NCBI RefSeq assembly: GCF_006345805.1
Contig: NC_043003.1
Location: 13,516,001-13,580,000 of the forward strand
Length of the DNA stretch: 64,000 nucleotides
Source: Octopus sinensis
Lineage: Eukaryota
Direction of reading: 5' to 3'
This document shows, one piece after another, positions 21,423 to 33,676 of the stretch; positions within the stretch are counted from its first letter, which is position 1, and every line of letters begins with the position of its first letter. The translations under genes and the position numbers were made by a program. Under the pieces are notes generated by a model that was not told the origin of the DNA, searched no databases, and saw nothing but the letters and a program-made list of their open reading frames with translations.

Positions 21423-21627
21423 TATTGGTTTCAAATTTTGGCACAAAGCCAGCAATGTAAGGGGAGGGACTAAGTTGATTACATCGACTCCCAGTGCTAA
21501 CCTGTACTGAAAGGATGACAGGTAAAAATCAACCTTGGAAGAATCTGAACTCAGAATGTAAAGGCAGATGAAATACCACTAAATATTTTGCCTGGCATGC
21601 TAACAATTCTGCCAGCTTGCCGCCTTA
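21423..21627 (-). mobile_element. Family A SINE
   Basis: Reverse-complement match to the 3784 copy. Confidence 0.75.
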
Positions 21628-21977
21628 CATACACGTGCATATCGATATATTAATGAACCCGAATATTTTTGTTTACATTCATACGCATGTACACCTGTGA
21701 ATGCTAAATTCACAAGTTTATTTGTTTTAAGTCATAATGTTAATCCAAGCAGGATTTGAACTCATGATGTTTGTTCACTTAATGGACTGCTTTTCCATTC
21801 TGACATAGCTTGGATGGGAAGAGATGGCTAGACATGTTTCCTATTGCCTATCCTCACCAGTTCATGTGCATTTGGATGTGGGAAGAAACTTTTGATGCAG
21901 AGATAGCCCCAGGAGAAAATTCTCCCCTTAAACATGTCTCCGGACACAAGACAGACTGTGAATAACATCACAGGACT

Positions 21978-22020
21978 GTAGGACGTACATGTTTCTGCTT
22001 TGTTTCACCTCTTCAGCTAC
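21978..22020 (-). ncRNA. Degenerate type-I hammerhead motif (helix II unpaired)
   Basis: Minus strand GUAG-CUGAAGA-(GGUGAAACAAAGCA)-GAAAC-AUGUAC-GUC-CUAC. Helix I, core and GUC triplet are intact; helix II does not pair. Confidence 0.5.
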
Positions 22021-23297
22021 GATCAGCAAATCTGTCATTCACATCTGATAAGAATGGAATGATTCTTATCAAAGCAACATGATATGAATGCTGCTGATGT
22101 GTGTAATGCTTGGTCAAGCTAAAATTATATAAATAACAACAGAAAAAGAAGGGTTGAAGCTGATTTGTGCAACATTATTTATTTAATTCTCGTGTTTATT
22201 TTCAAATAGCTCCGCAACCATATATGTACACATACATACATACACACGCTTTCATGCCATTATTCAGACTATCAGAGCAAATCTATTAGTGAACGACCAC
22301 AAACACAGAGAGATGTTAGTACAAGCCTAGTAAATACGAAGGCACTGAGAACAATAATCTAAACCCCCCCCCCCCAAAAAAAACAGACATTGGAAAGAAA
22401 ACTAAGAAAGTAAAAAAAAAACCCCAAAAGACTGATTGATACCGTAAACTGTTACATTTGATACATAATATGCGCAACTAATTAAATACAACATCTGCAT
22501 TAGCTGTGTAACATGAATGTGTTATATAAGTGGCACCAGAACAACATAACAGAAAGCATCATTGTTCAAAAGAAGGAATTCAGTAACACAAATAGCCAAG
22601 TAACCAACCAATCGGCTTATAAAAGAGTAGGGAGCTAGAGGATGTGTTAACCCCTTTAGTATTCACCATACTTTGTCAAGGTCACGGTTATTTATGTGCA
22701 TAGTTTTGAAGTAATCATGCATTATCTTGTAGCTTCAATATTTTGATGATGTGATTGTTTAATTTTACAATGACATTGCAAGATAGGTGTGAGAAGCCAG
22801 ATATAGCTAGTTTGAACAATAACATAAGGTAGAATATTTGGGTCTGGCTATGGCTTGTTTAAATGCTAAAGGGTTATTAATGCCCATCTCTTTCCTAAAC
22901 ACAACAGGAAAGAAGGTCTTTTAATAAAGAGATCTTAGTATCAGTAATAATTTTTATTATATGCACACAGACACACCTTTATCAAGAGGCAAGATTTAGT
23001 TAATTTCAATGACCCACAAGTAGACTGATACTTATTTCATCAGCAAATGAAAGAAAGACGAAAGCAAAGTATTTAATCTGTCACTGTACCACTGATCTTA
23101 ACTGCTCTTCCAATCCAGAAAGATGAAAGGTAATGTTAATCCGAGCAGGATTTGAACTCATGATGTTTGTTTACTTAATGGTCTGCTTTTCCATTCTGAC
23201 ATAGCCTGGATGGGAAGAGATGGCTAGACACGTTTCCTATTGCCTATCCTCACCAGTTTTACCAAGGAAAGGAATTTTGTTCTTATTTCGACACATA

Positions 23298-23633
23298 GGC
23301 GCAGGAGTGGATGTGTGGTAAGTAGCTTGCTTACCAACCACGTGGTCCTGGGTTCAGTCCCACTGCGTGGCACCTTGGGCAGGTGTCTTCTACTATAGCC
23401 TCAGGCCAACCAAAGCCTTATGAGTGGATTTGGTAGACGGAAACTGGAAGAAGCCCATCATATATGCATACATATGTATGTGTGTTTATATCCCTGTAAC
23501 TTAACAGTACGGCAAAAGAGACCAATAGAATAAGTACCAGGCTTACAAAGAATAAGCTCTGGGGTCAATTTGCTCGACTAAAGGCAGTGCTCCAGCATGG
23601 CTGCAGTCAAATGACTGAAACAAGTAAAAGGGT
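23298..23633 (+). mobile_element. Family D tRNA-derived SINE
   Basis: GGCGCAGGAGTGG head, GGGTTCAGTCCC B box, CCTTGGGCAGGTGTCTTCTACTATAGCC core, internal (TA/TG) microsatellite. Confidence 0.85.
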
Positions 23634-23791
23634 AAGATTGCTAGATAACAAGACAACAGTTGTATGTACGTTTAGTTTTTATTAAGCAGGGAGGTTTTAA
23701 CCCTTTCATCATCATCTGTTAAATGATGATTAATTAATTTTGAAGAGAATTAGAGAATTCAGTTAAATAACTTATTAACCTTATGTTTATA

Positions 23792-24005
23792 AGGTGGCAA
23801 AGTGGCAGAACTGTTAGCACGCCAGGTAAAATGCTTAGTGCTGTTTCATCTACCTTTGCATTCTGAGTTCAAATTCCACTAAGTTCAACTTTGCCTTTCA
23901 TCCTTTTAGGGCCAATAAAACAAGTACCAGTTGAACACTGGGAGCAATATAATCAACTTGACTCCTTCCCCAAAATTGCTAGCCTTGTGTCAAAATTTGA
24001 AACCA
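23792..24005 (+). mobile_element. Family A SINE
   Basis: Head, B box and GCCTTTCATCCTTT core present. Confidence 0.8.
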
Positions 24006-27000
24006 AATGGTGTTTGGTTGGAACATAAATCATGAAATTTCGATGGAAGGTTTTGATATAGCTCACTCTAAATCAGGAAGATTGAATCATAAATAGAACC
24101 AGGGGTAGTGTCAGTGGGTTGGCATCAAAAGGTTTAAAGAAGATCTTTGAGACTCGTAATATCAACAACTGCAGTACAGAATTTTATCCACCTCTAGGTT
24201 TTCCTAACTTGCAGATTCAAATTTACGCCAAGCTCAATTATGCATGAATACAGAGCCAATATTTTGTTAATGCCATAATGAAGCTTTAAACAAATCACAG
24301 AAAGGAATGACACTCAAATAAAACATTGAATTTGTGTAAATATTGGAGAGAATTAAACACAAACAAATTGATTAATATAATATAAAGCAAACTGGAAAAA
24401 AATTACAAACTGGAAAGAAATTTAAGGAACTCTCTTGAAACAAACAAACCAAACTTAAAAAAGAATAATCTAAAAAAAAAAAAAAATCTTTCCTATTTTT
24501 TTTTTAGGAAAAAAATTTTTTTCTGTATGTCTTCTGTTTGGTTATTGTGGGGGTAAAGCTAAACTATGTATGTGCACCTAAGTTCAAAGCTATGTATATT
24601 TGTATGTATGGTAAACCTCCTCATGTATATAAAGATACACATATCATCATCATCTAATGTTGGTGTTCCATGCTGGAATGAGTGAACAGTTTGATAGGAT
24701 CTGATGAGATGAAGGACTGACTCCTGCTCAGTGCTTCGACACAGTTTCCACAGATGAATGTTCTTGCTATTGCTAATGCGAACCACTTTACAGCATGTAT
24801 TGGGATGCTTTTTCATATCCCCAGCACTAGTAAAGCTGCCATATAGTTCACAAGGACCACATGGATATCTTTGCACAAGTTAAATGCAAACCATCATTTC
24901 TAGCTACACATACCAGAGTTTGCAGCTACATGTAACCATCTTTCACATGTATAATGGTATGTGAGCATCTATCTACCTTTACATGCATGCCTTACACCAT
25001 CTCCGCTTACATTTGTAGTATGTGTCTGTGTGTCTGCATTCTAGAGAACCTTTAAAGGGAAGTCAACATAAAACCGATGATGTAACTAGATTGGGTACCA
25101 AAACAATACATAAGCAGAGAAGTTGCTGTATTGTACATGCATGCGTACACATACACACCAGATCAGACAGTCAAGTATATAAGGAAAAAAGGGAAGAAAA
25201 AAAAAGGATATTGTGTATGTATATAGGAGAAAGGGGATTTTTATTTGTCCATTCTTTTTCATTTATTATTGTTGTTGTTGCTTTTAATTGAAGAAATGCG
25301 CACCACAAGACAGAAAGGGTAAACTTACTTTCAGAATTCTCTTGTTTAATCTTTGGGGGCAACTCTTCAGTTTTAATTTGAGTATCTGTTGAGATGAAAA
25401 AGTAAAAATCATTTCAGCTAGGATTCTAATGGGCTAAACTCTTAATTAATCTGAGCAGTGATTAGCTGATTGCTATCCCTAATACAGTAAACAATGAACA
25501 AGGGTGAATAAATAAATAAAAAAAAGACGTAGGCTAAAACAAGACAAACACAAAACAACCACCAAAAAAACCCCAGCACAGGAGCAAAGAGAAGCACAGA
25601 TGTACTCCAATGTAGTATATACATAGATAACAAGAAAGAAATGGTTTGTAAGAAGGATGGAAGATGACAAAAATAGTACACTGTTTGCTGCTTTGCAATG
25701 GAAATTCATTAAGAATGGAACATTCCATTTTTGGTTTTGCAGTTTGTAAGCAAATAACAAAATATGGAGCTCAACAAGTAAAAAGACAATGTCTAATAGC
25801 AATCCACAGAAAATTTCAAATGGTGATTCAATCAAAAGTTTGTTATGTTAGTTATATATGTTTGTTTGTGTGCATGTGTGTGTGTATGCATATTTTTATG
25901 CACATTTATATACACTTAAGTAGGATAACGTCTAAGTTATAATATCTATATACGTAAATATGCACACACATGTATACACAACATTCAAGTACTGTATTTA
26001 GGTAACATCTCTCCATTAAGGCAAATAACTATTAAAATATGAATATAAATTTACATTAAACAATTTTCTTTCATATCTATCTATCTATCTATTTAACTAT
26101 CTAAGTATCTATCTATCTATATATATATATATACACACACATATATATACATATATGCACACATATATACACATACATATATACACATACACACACACAT
26201 ATATACCTTGACTTCTGGATGTTTTTGGTGTTTATTTTACTAAATGTTTAATGATATTTTCCAATGTTTTCCTAGAGTTTCGAGTAGTCTGCATCATAAC
26301 ACCATGAAAACACCATAAAATATTTATATTTACTAAATAGTCGAAATGAAGGCAAAATTACACAAGTTAAGGAAACAAACTGAAAGAAAAGCGTTCAGAA
26401 TGCAGCCATGCTTTCAGTAATATATTCTGATATGGAGAATATAAATTCAAAATTTTACATGGCACAAACTACAAGTTTAAATGCCTACTGCATACAGAAA
26501 AATACTTTACGTTCCAAAATTCCTATGCACTTAAACTACTACTACTAGTATTACTACTACTACTAACTAATATTAACAAGATTTGTGATATGAGAAAATA
26601 AAAAAAATAAAAAAAGTCATCAGCTTTGTTTAGAATTTATGTGTGTGAGTATATGTATGTATTTATATTTATTATATAGGCATAAAAAGGAAAAACTGTA
26701 CATACTAAAGAATGTGTGTGTGTGTGCGAATTCACACAAATACTTGCTAAGCCATTCTTCATAATAGCATGTATAAACTAACCAGTCTGTATTTAGTTGG
26801 TAGAATGAAATTTACAGATGCAACACAGAGAAATTTAGCTCAATTAGAAATTTGATTGCCATTAGAGTTTTGAAGATAAAATATAGTGGAGATCTGCAGA
26901 TGCTTAACTGCCATATTATCAGAATAGATTCCTCAGCCGTACGTAGTCGTCGTGTTGGCACCGGGTCAAATAACAGACGAGTAAAAGGAAGTGGAAACCT

Positions 27001-28056
27001 AAAGATGGCACATATCATGTGTGTCCACAAACTTTCTCCTGTTGTATATTTATAATATGGATGATATTGCCCTTGGTTTGGTAGCGTGCCAAGATCAGAG
27101 AGGCCAGGCTACACTGCCAGTGATAGGCACCGCAGCAGATACTGAGCCAAGCAACCATTAAAAGACACAGAGTAATTACAAGCTGATTGAGCAAGAGAAT
27201 TCAAAACTTGGCAGAGTTTATGGCATCAGAAAGTGAGAGTAAAAAGAGGAAAGATTATATTCATTTATTAACTTTCATATGCACAAGATTATTTCTCACT
27301 CACAGAAGATCATAGAGATTTAAGACATAGTTTCTGCAATGAATCATAGACACAACTACAAAAGAAAAAGAACAATAAATACATGCGTGTATGGTGTGTG
27401 TGTGTGAAAATTGGTATGTGTTAGTAAGTTATTGTTTTTACTAGAAGAATGTAACAGGTCCATTTAAAAAAAGAAGAAAAAAAAACCACTGAAAACTTTG
27501 GCAATGTTCATAGTTTTTCCATTGTACCATCAATTTGTGTTTTATTTTATAGAAATTCTGCCATAGAAGACCGGCAGGAAGGATATAGGAAACAGTCTCA
27601 TCAAATACCAAAAAATATATAAAGTAGATATGGCAACAGCAGAAGTACAAAAGAGTGTTTTCTATAGTAAATCAGTTTTACATCCTTCAACCAAACAATT
27701 GCTTTCTAACTTGTAAGTAAACTGAGCCAATGAGGTGTATGTGTATGCATGTGTGGGTATATGCATTTGGGTTTCTAAGCCAGAGGTATCCATGTTATTA
27801 GGTTTCTTAACCAAAGGTAAGAAAGGCATGGCTATGTTGTTTAAGAAGCTTATTTTGCAGTCAGATGGGTGTCTTGTGCTAAAAGCCTTGAGGGCCAACC
27901 AATGCCTCATCAGTAAATTTGGTAGAAAGAGCAGGAAGGTTGTCCCATTTCTGGTTATTCTTATATAAAGCAGAGCTAAAGTACTAACATCTTTTGAGAG
28001 TATGCTGAAAAGCTATGGGGTGATATTGGGCAATTCTTTGAGGGTCTAGTAAAATC

Positions 28057-28389
28057 TTTACTACTGTTTCAGTCATTAGACTGAGGCCATGCTGGGGCAC
28101 TGCCTTGAAGGGTTTTAGCTGAGCAAATCAACCCCAGGACTTCTTATTCTAGCGGTCTCTTGTTGAAAAGACCAACACTGGTTGCCAAGAAGTGGGACAA
28201 ACACAATGCAAAAACACACACTCGCATACATAAATGGCAGTTTTTTTCACACAGTTTCTGTCAACTAAATTCACTCGCAAAGTATTGGTCAGTCTGGGGC
28301 TATAGTAGAAGGTGGCATGCAGTGGAATTGAACCTGAAATCACATGGTTGCAAAGCAAGCTTTGTAACCACATAACCATGCCTGCACCC
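28057..28389 (-). mobile_element. Family D SINE (diverged)
   Basis: Reverse-complement match to family D head and tail. Confidence 0.7.
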
Positions 28390-28551
28390 AAGATACAGAG
28401 GATATGTGGATATCTATTTTTAGCTGTGCGATTTTTAACAAACCCACACAACCAAGTCATTATTATATCTTTCAACTAATAAGGGTAACTTTAATTAATG
28501 CTAACCACACGATTTCAACCAGGTTTTAATCATTTCTCATCAAGTGTATTT

Positions 28552-28827
28552 CGTTTTTGGATTTGGTTTGCAAGATTCTTTATATGAGTTCATGTGTTGA
28601 AGCATATTATGTTGTGTCTGGGGAGAGTCATTTTCTTTTTGTGCCTTATTATGTAACACACTCACCAGTAAAATTTCCACGTTCTTCTTATTTTTATTTT
28701 CCTAAAAGAGTCAAAACTATTGAAAAGGTTGCAAGACGCAACGAACATTTTAGGAAAATAAAAATAAGATAAACGTGGAAATTTTACCGGTGAGTGTGTT
28801 ACATAATAAGGCACAAAAAGAAAATGA
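28552..28827. mobile_element. Fold-back insertion, copy 2 (~83-nt arms, 40-nt loop), 16-bp TSD
   Basis: Same family as 16355, opposite orientation. TSD CTCATCAAGTGTATTT at 28536-51 and 28828-43. Confidence 0.85.
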
Positions 28828-28987
28828 CTCATCAAGTGTATTTTAAAATTTATTTTAGAGGGTAAATTTTTAATAGAACACAAAAAGCAAGTGTAAAGGC
28901 ATTAAACATTGAAGATGCCCTGCCTCATGCAGAAACTGCAGGAGCTGCTCAGGAACAGCCATTTCCCTTAAATTGATCCCAACATTA

Positions 28988-29200
28988 AGGTGGCAAGCTG
29001 GGAGAAACGTTAGCATGTTGGGCAAAATGCTTAGCGGTATTTCATCAATCTTTACGTTCTGATTTCAAATTCTGCTGAGGTCGACTTTGCTTTTCGTCCT
29101 TTCAGGGTCGATAAATTAAGTACCAGTTGCATACTGGGGGCAATCTAATCGGCTGCCCCCCCCCCCAAATTTCAGGTCTTGTGCCTAGGGTAGAAAAGAA
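28988..29200 (+). mobile_element. Family A SINE
   Basis: GGTGGCAAGCTGG head and GTCGACTTTGCTTTTCGTCCTTTCAGGGTCGATAAA core. Confidence 0.8.
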
Positions 29201-29204
29201 TTGA

Positions 29205-29568
29205 TCACAATGTTGGAAACTCTTCCATATTATCAGCAATTATCTCAGGGGTCGCAAGGTTTATGCCTTGAGGACTGAATTGCGCTTCACCTGTGGAAGG
29301 ACCTGCAGTCTTTCGACAACCATTGCCACCTTGAGCTGATTTTAGCTGCCATGCCTGTCTCCTTGGTAGCTTTCTTCAGCCATTTGGGTTCTAGACCAAT
29401 CTTCTGCAGGAAATAGTGCCCGAAGCCAGCTGGAAAGCTTTGGGTAGTCAACATCAAAAGGGAATGATGTCATGTCTTATTCTTTGACAAGGGCCTTGTT
29501 GACCAAGTCCTGATACCTGGTTTTCTCCAGCTGGTGGAAAAATGTTGAGCTTGTCCTCCTAGGTCACT
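29205..29568 (-). mobile_element. Decayed 3' end of an RLE-endonuclease non-LTR retrotransposon (HERO/NeSL-like)
   Basis: Broken frames give EDKLNIFHQLEKTRYQDLVNKA...FPFDV...FLQKIGLEPKWLKKATKETGMAAKISSRWQWL, resembling the E..K..KY..L...P.EVG...SRWLW C-terminus of RLE elements. Confidence 0.65.
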
Positions 29569-30507
29569 AAAAACAATTTATCCTTATAGAAACTGCACAG
29601 TGTAACTAACCCTTAATAAATCAGCTCTTACATAGCAAATATATAAACTATAAACAAAATAAACATTTTCTTTTAAAGATTTTTCTGATGTTGATTTGTT
29701 TCTTTTCTTATAAAGTAGCTGTTTTTCATGTGAATCTGTCATACACAAATCATTAACAACCATTCCACTTTACATGTTGTAAACATGATACAGGCATTTA
29801 TGATTTTATATGCAAAAACATTTCAGCTTTCATACTCACGTGTTCAGACGAAGGGCTGTGAGTGCATGAGTGGGAAGGGAAGGGACGTGGGCCTATTGTG
29901 TGCGTATATGTGCAGGTATAGGAGTTCACTGGATATAGGTGAATACAGGAATTACTAAGTGAAATTAAATGCACAAGCAGCAAACACACAGAGGCACAGA
30001 TGTATTGAGAATACTCTACGTCGACTCTGAATACGAACTGAATTCCTAAAAGTACACATGGCCATCTATCTATAAGATTATCTGTGTACACATACACATA
30101 AATATATATATGCATGTATGATGAACAAAACTATTTCAAGCTATATAATTGCAATAATTCTCGGCAAACATTTGGACAGCGCTGGCTACTTTCAATATGA
30201 AAATCAGTTCATTAAATCAGAGACATTAACAAAGAGCTAAATGTAAACAGCCAACAAGAACACATAACAGCCACGACTACCACCACAAACAACAATAAGT
30301 TTACCAGTGTTGTCTAAATGACACTAGTATGGAAAAAACTGTATACAGCTATTTACATAATAATGCCTACTCATCTGAATGGGGTGGGAGGTGGGGAAAT
30401 CACTTGAGTCAATCATCTGATTATAATATACTTAACTTTAGAAAAGCTGTTTTAAGGTATAAAACTAAATATGCAAAAATGCTCAAGGGAGTTACTTTCA
30501 AATCTTG

Positions 30508-30555
<48 letters not shown>

Positions 30556-30556
<1 letters not shown>

Positions 30557-31020
30557 GGCAATATGCTGGCAGAATTTTTAGCAGACTGGGTGAAATGCTT
30601 TGCAGCATTTTGTCTGTCTTTATGTTCTGAGTTCAAATTCTGCGGAGGTCAACTTTGCCTTTCATCCTTATGGGGTAGATAAATTAGGTACCAGTTACGC
30701 ACTGGGGTTGATGTAATCGACTACCCCCCCCACTCTCCCAAAATTTCAGGCCTTGTTCCTATACTAGAAAGGATTATTATTATTATTATCATTATTATTA
30801 TTAAGGAAGTGTCGTGGCAGAATCGTTAGCATGCTAGGCAAAATGATTAGCGGCATTTCGTCTGTCTGCACGTTCCGAGTTCAAATTCCACCAAGGTTGA
30901 CTTTGCCTTTCATCCTTTCGGGGTCGATAATTTAAGTACCGGTTGAGTACTGAGGGTTGATGTAATCAACCTAGCTCCTCCCCGAAACCTGTTGGCCTTG
31001 GGCCAAAATGTGTAACCATT
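30556..31020 (+). mobile_element. Two tandem family A SINEs in (TTA)n tracts
   Basis: Copies at ~30556-30774 and ~30804-31020, each preceded by (TTA)n; (TTA)15 at 30508-30554. Confidence 0.8.
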
Positions 31021-32642
31021 TAAAGCAGTGAACGGGCAGAATCGCTAGCAAGCTGGGTGAAATGTTATGGTTGGGTGGACTACCGTTGTATAGGACACAC
31101 AGACACACAGAAAATTTAACAGAAGAGAGTTTGTAGAGGGTACATTGAGAGAGTCGTTTGATTAATTGCACAGGTACTTCCTTTGTGACAGCCTACCTCC
31201 GTTGCTACAGCTAGGCTCAAAGCAAAACTAGGTAAGGCTAATTCAACAAGAACACTTACAGACAGTTGGGTCTCGAACTCATCACCTCCAAGTCTTTGTT
31301 GGTACCTTAAATATTCGGCTGTCAAACCATTATTTATTAGCTATAAACTAAATCAAAATAAACTTCTCCGTGATATCAAATTTGAAGGTAACCTCAGAAA
31401 AGCGTAAACAGCGTTCCAAAATGAAACACTGGTATTAGATGGATTAAAGTACAAGAAGGAAGGATTATGTCTGACAAGATAGGTAATAGTAATGTTTCTG
31501 ATGTAAGAAAGGTAAGCAGAACCAAAGAATGAGATAATCTCGGACAGTCTTACAGCCTAATGATGGATTAGGCGTTGTTGCTGCTTCTCTTTCAGTTTGT
31601 CGCCATTTTTCTTTTGCATTCAAATGCTAAGCATACTCAATCGGTCAAACAAGACTGCAGGGAAATGGTACAATTTACAGTTAAGCTGTGTTCCGAAGTG
31701 GAACTGAAAGACGCAGTAGATATGTGTGTGAGAGAGAGAGAGAGAGCTAGTGTGCGTAACAGTGAGAGAGTGCATATGTAAGAAACAGAGAGAGAGAGAG
31801 TGTGTGTGTGTACATATGTGAGCAAGAGAGTGTGCACCAGTGACTGAGTAAGTCTATAAGCTAGGAAATGACAGATGCTTAAGATGAAGCATTAAACATA
31901 TAAAGAATAAAAATTAGCAGGAGAACCAGTTGGAGAAGAAATCAACAATCTTTTTGATGCCAACTAAATGCTTTATCAGATGAACATATAAATCTCTGAA
32001 TGCTTTATGGAACAAGGAGTGAACGAGTGGGCAGTCCAGTGGCTTCACTACTAAATTATTCAGCCAGAATCCGAAAGATATTGATTAATTTCTGATTAAA
32101 CTTGTTCACAATTATCATTTTTCTTAATAACTTAATATTTTTGATGTTTCGTTTTGGCATACAATACGCAGAAATAAATTAAAATTTATAAGTACTTTAT
32201 TTATTTATTTGTTTATTTATTTCGTTATGATAACATGGCTTGTAGCAGGTACAGCAAAACTGTAAAGTTGTATTTTTTCAGAACTGATTTGCTTTTATAG
32301 CAGCAAATTGCTAAACTATAGAGAAAAATAGAAACCCTTTTGTCAGCCAGACACACTGACCCAAAAGACAAAAAACAAAAAAAATACCTATATTGTCATG
32401 GGACACAACTGAAAAGCGCTTGGTCAGTAATCCAGCACCGTAACCCTTTAAACAAGCCATATCTGGCCAAAATATTCTACCTGTCTTAAGATGAAACTGG
32501 CCAGATCCAGCTGCTCACACCTACCCTACAATGTCATTCTAAAAATAAACAATCAGATCAATGAAGCCCAAATGCTACAAGATAACACACAATTAATTCA
32601 AAACAATGAGAATAAATAAGCATTACATTTGACAGAGTAATC

Positions 32643-32965
32643 TCGTGGGGTTGTCTAAGGAATGTCTCCAATGGCTGGCATGACCTTCACTCGAATGATG
32701 GAGGATGCAGGGAGATCTCGTACTGGCTGTCAACATCTTCAAAAGGAATGTAAACCTACCATTTGCAGAATTTTTCACCCCTGCACCGGATAGGAGTCTT
32801 TGTGGGTATGATCGCAAACTCTATCCTGGACACTTTTGACTCAACAGGCGGAAGGCCGCATTCTCCATCCATATTGCAGCTCCGTGGAACAAGCTACCAC
32901 AAGATGTCATTCAACTGCCCACTACTCCCTTGTTCAAAGAGGCTCTGCACAACTTGTGGCGACTA
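32643..32965 (+). mobile_element. Old CR1-type LINE ORF2 3' fragment with stops
   Basis: LQWLA*PSLE*WRMQGDLVLAVNIFK...FFTPAPDRSL...LNRRKAAFSIHIAAPWNKLPQDVIQLPTTPLFKEAL; paralogous to the 49619 copy. Truncates a family I MITE at 32642. Confidence 0.8.
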
Positions 32966-33012
32966 TATGTAAAACTGTATATAACATTTACTGTTTTTCT
33001 TTTTTACATGGC

Positions 33013-33676
33013 TTAACCCTTTTGTTACCATATTTCTGTTGAAATGCTCTGTGTTTCTTTCTATTAATTTTAAATATAACAAAGAATTTAGTAAAATAAC
33101 TTAGTTATCATTAGGCTGGTATTAGGAACATAAATTGTGACTAAGGTTTGGTGGAAGATTTTAATTCAAATCTTATGACAGCAAGACATTTGTACTCAGA
33201 GCCAGAGCTGGTTTAGTAATGAAAGGGTTAAGAATTGTTTCTCAATCATATATTTTAACCCTTTTGTTACCACTGTTGAGATGCTCTGTGTTTCTTTCAA
33301 TTAATTTTAAATATATACAAAGAATTTAGTAAAATAAGTTAATTATCATTAGGCTGGTATTCATCATCATCATCATCATCGTCGTTTAACGTCCGTTCTC
33401 CATGCTAGCATGGGTTGGACGGTTCGACCGGGGTTCTGGGAAGCCAGAAGGCTGCACCAGGCTCCAGTCTAATTTGGCAATGTTTCTACAGCTGGATGCC
33501 CTTCCTAACGCCAACCACTCCGTGAGTGTAGTGGGTGCTTTTTATGTGCCACCTGCACAGATATTAGGAACATAAATTGTGATTAAGGTTTGGTGGAAGA
33601 TTTTAATTCAAATCTTATGAAAACAAGACATTTGTACTCAGAGCCATTTCAGCTGGGTTGGTAACAAAAGGGTTAA
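33013..33676 (-). mobile_element. Dimer of family H MITEs; second monomer split by a family B insertion (33361-33560)
   Basis: TTAA at 33013, 33228, 33255 and 33673; 23-bp spacer 33232-33254. Confidence 0.8.

Noticed and set aside
27885-27913. CTGATGA on the minus strand (also 11565-11571 in the CDS and ~24701)
   Set aside because: Not followed by helix II plus GAAA; chance heptamers.
31181-31300. Cluster of TCF/LEF-like CTTTG sites in the BCL9 intron (possible Wnt feedback)
   Set aside because: Only one canonical CTTTGWW; expected by chance in AT-rich DNA without conservation data.
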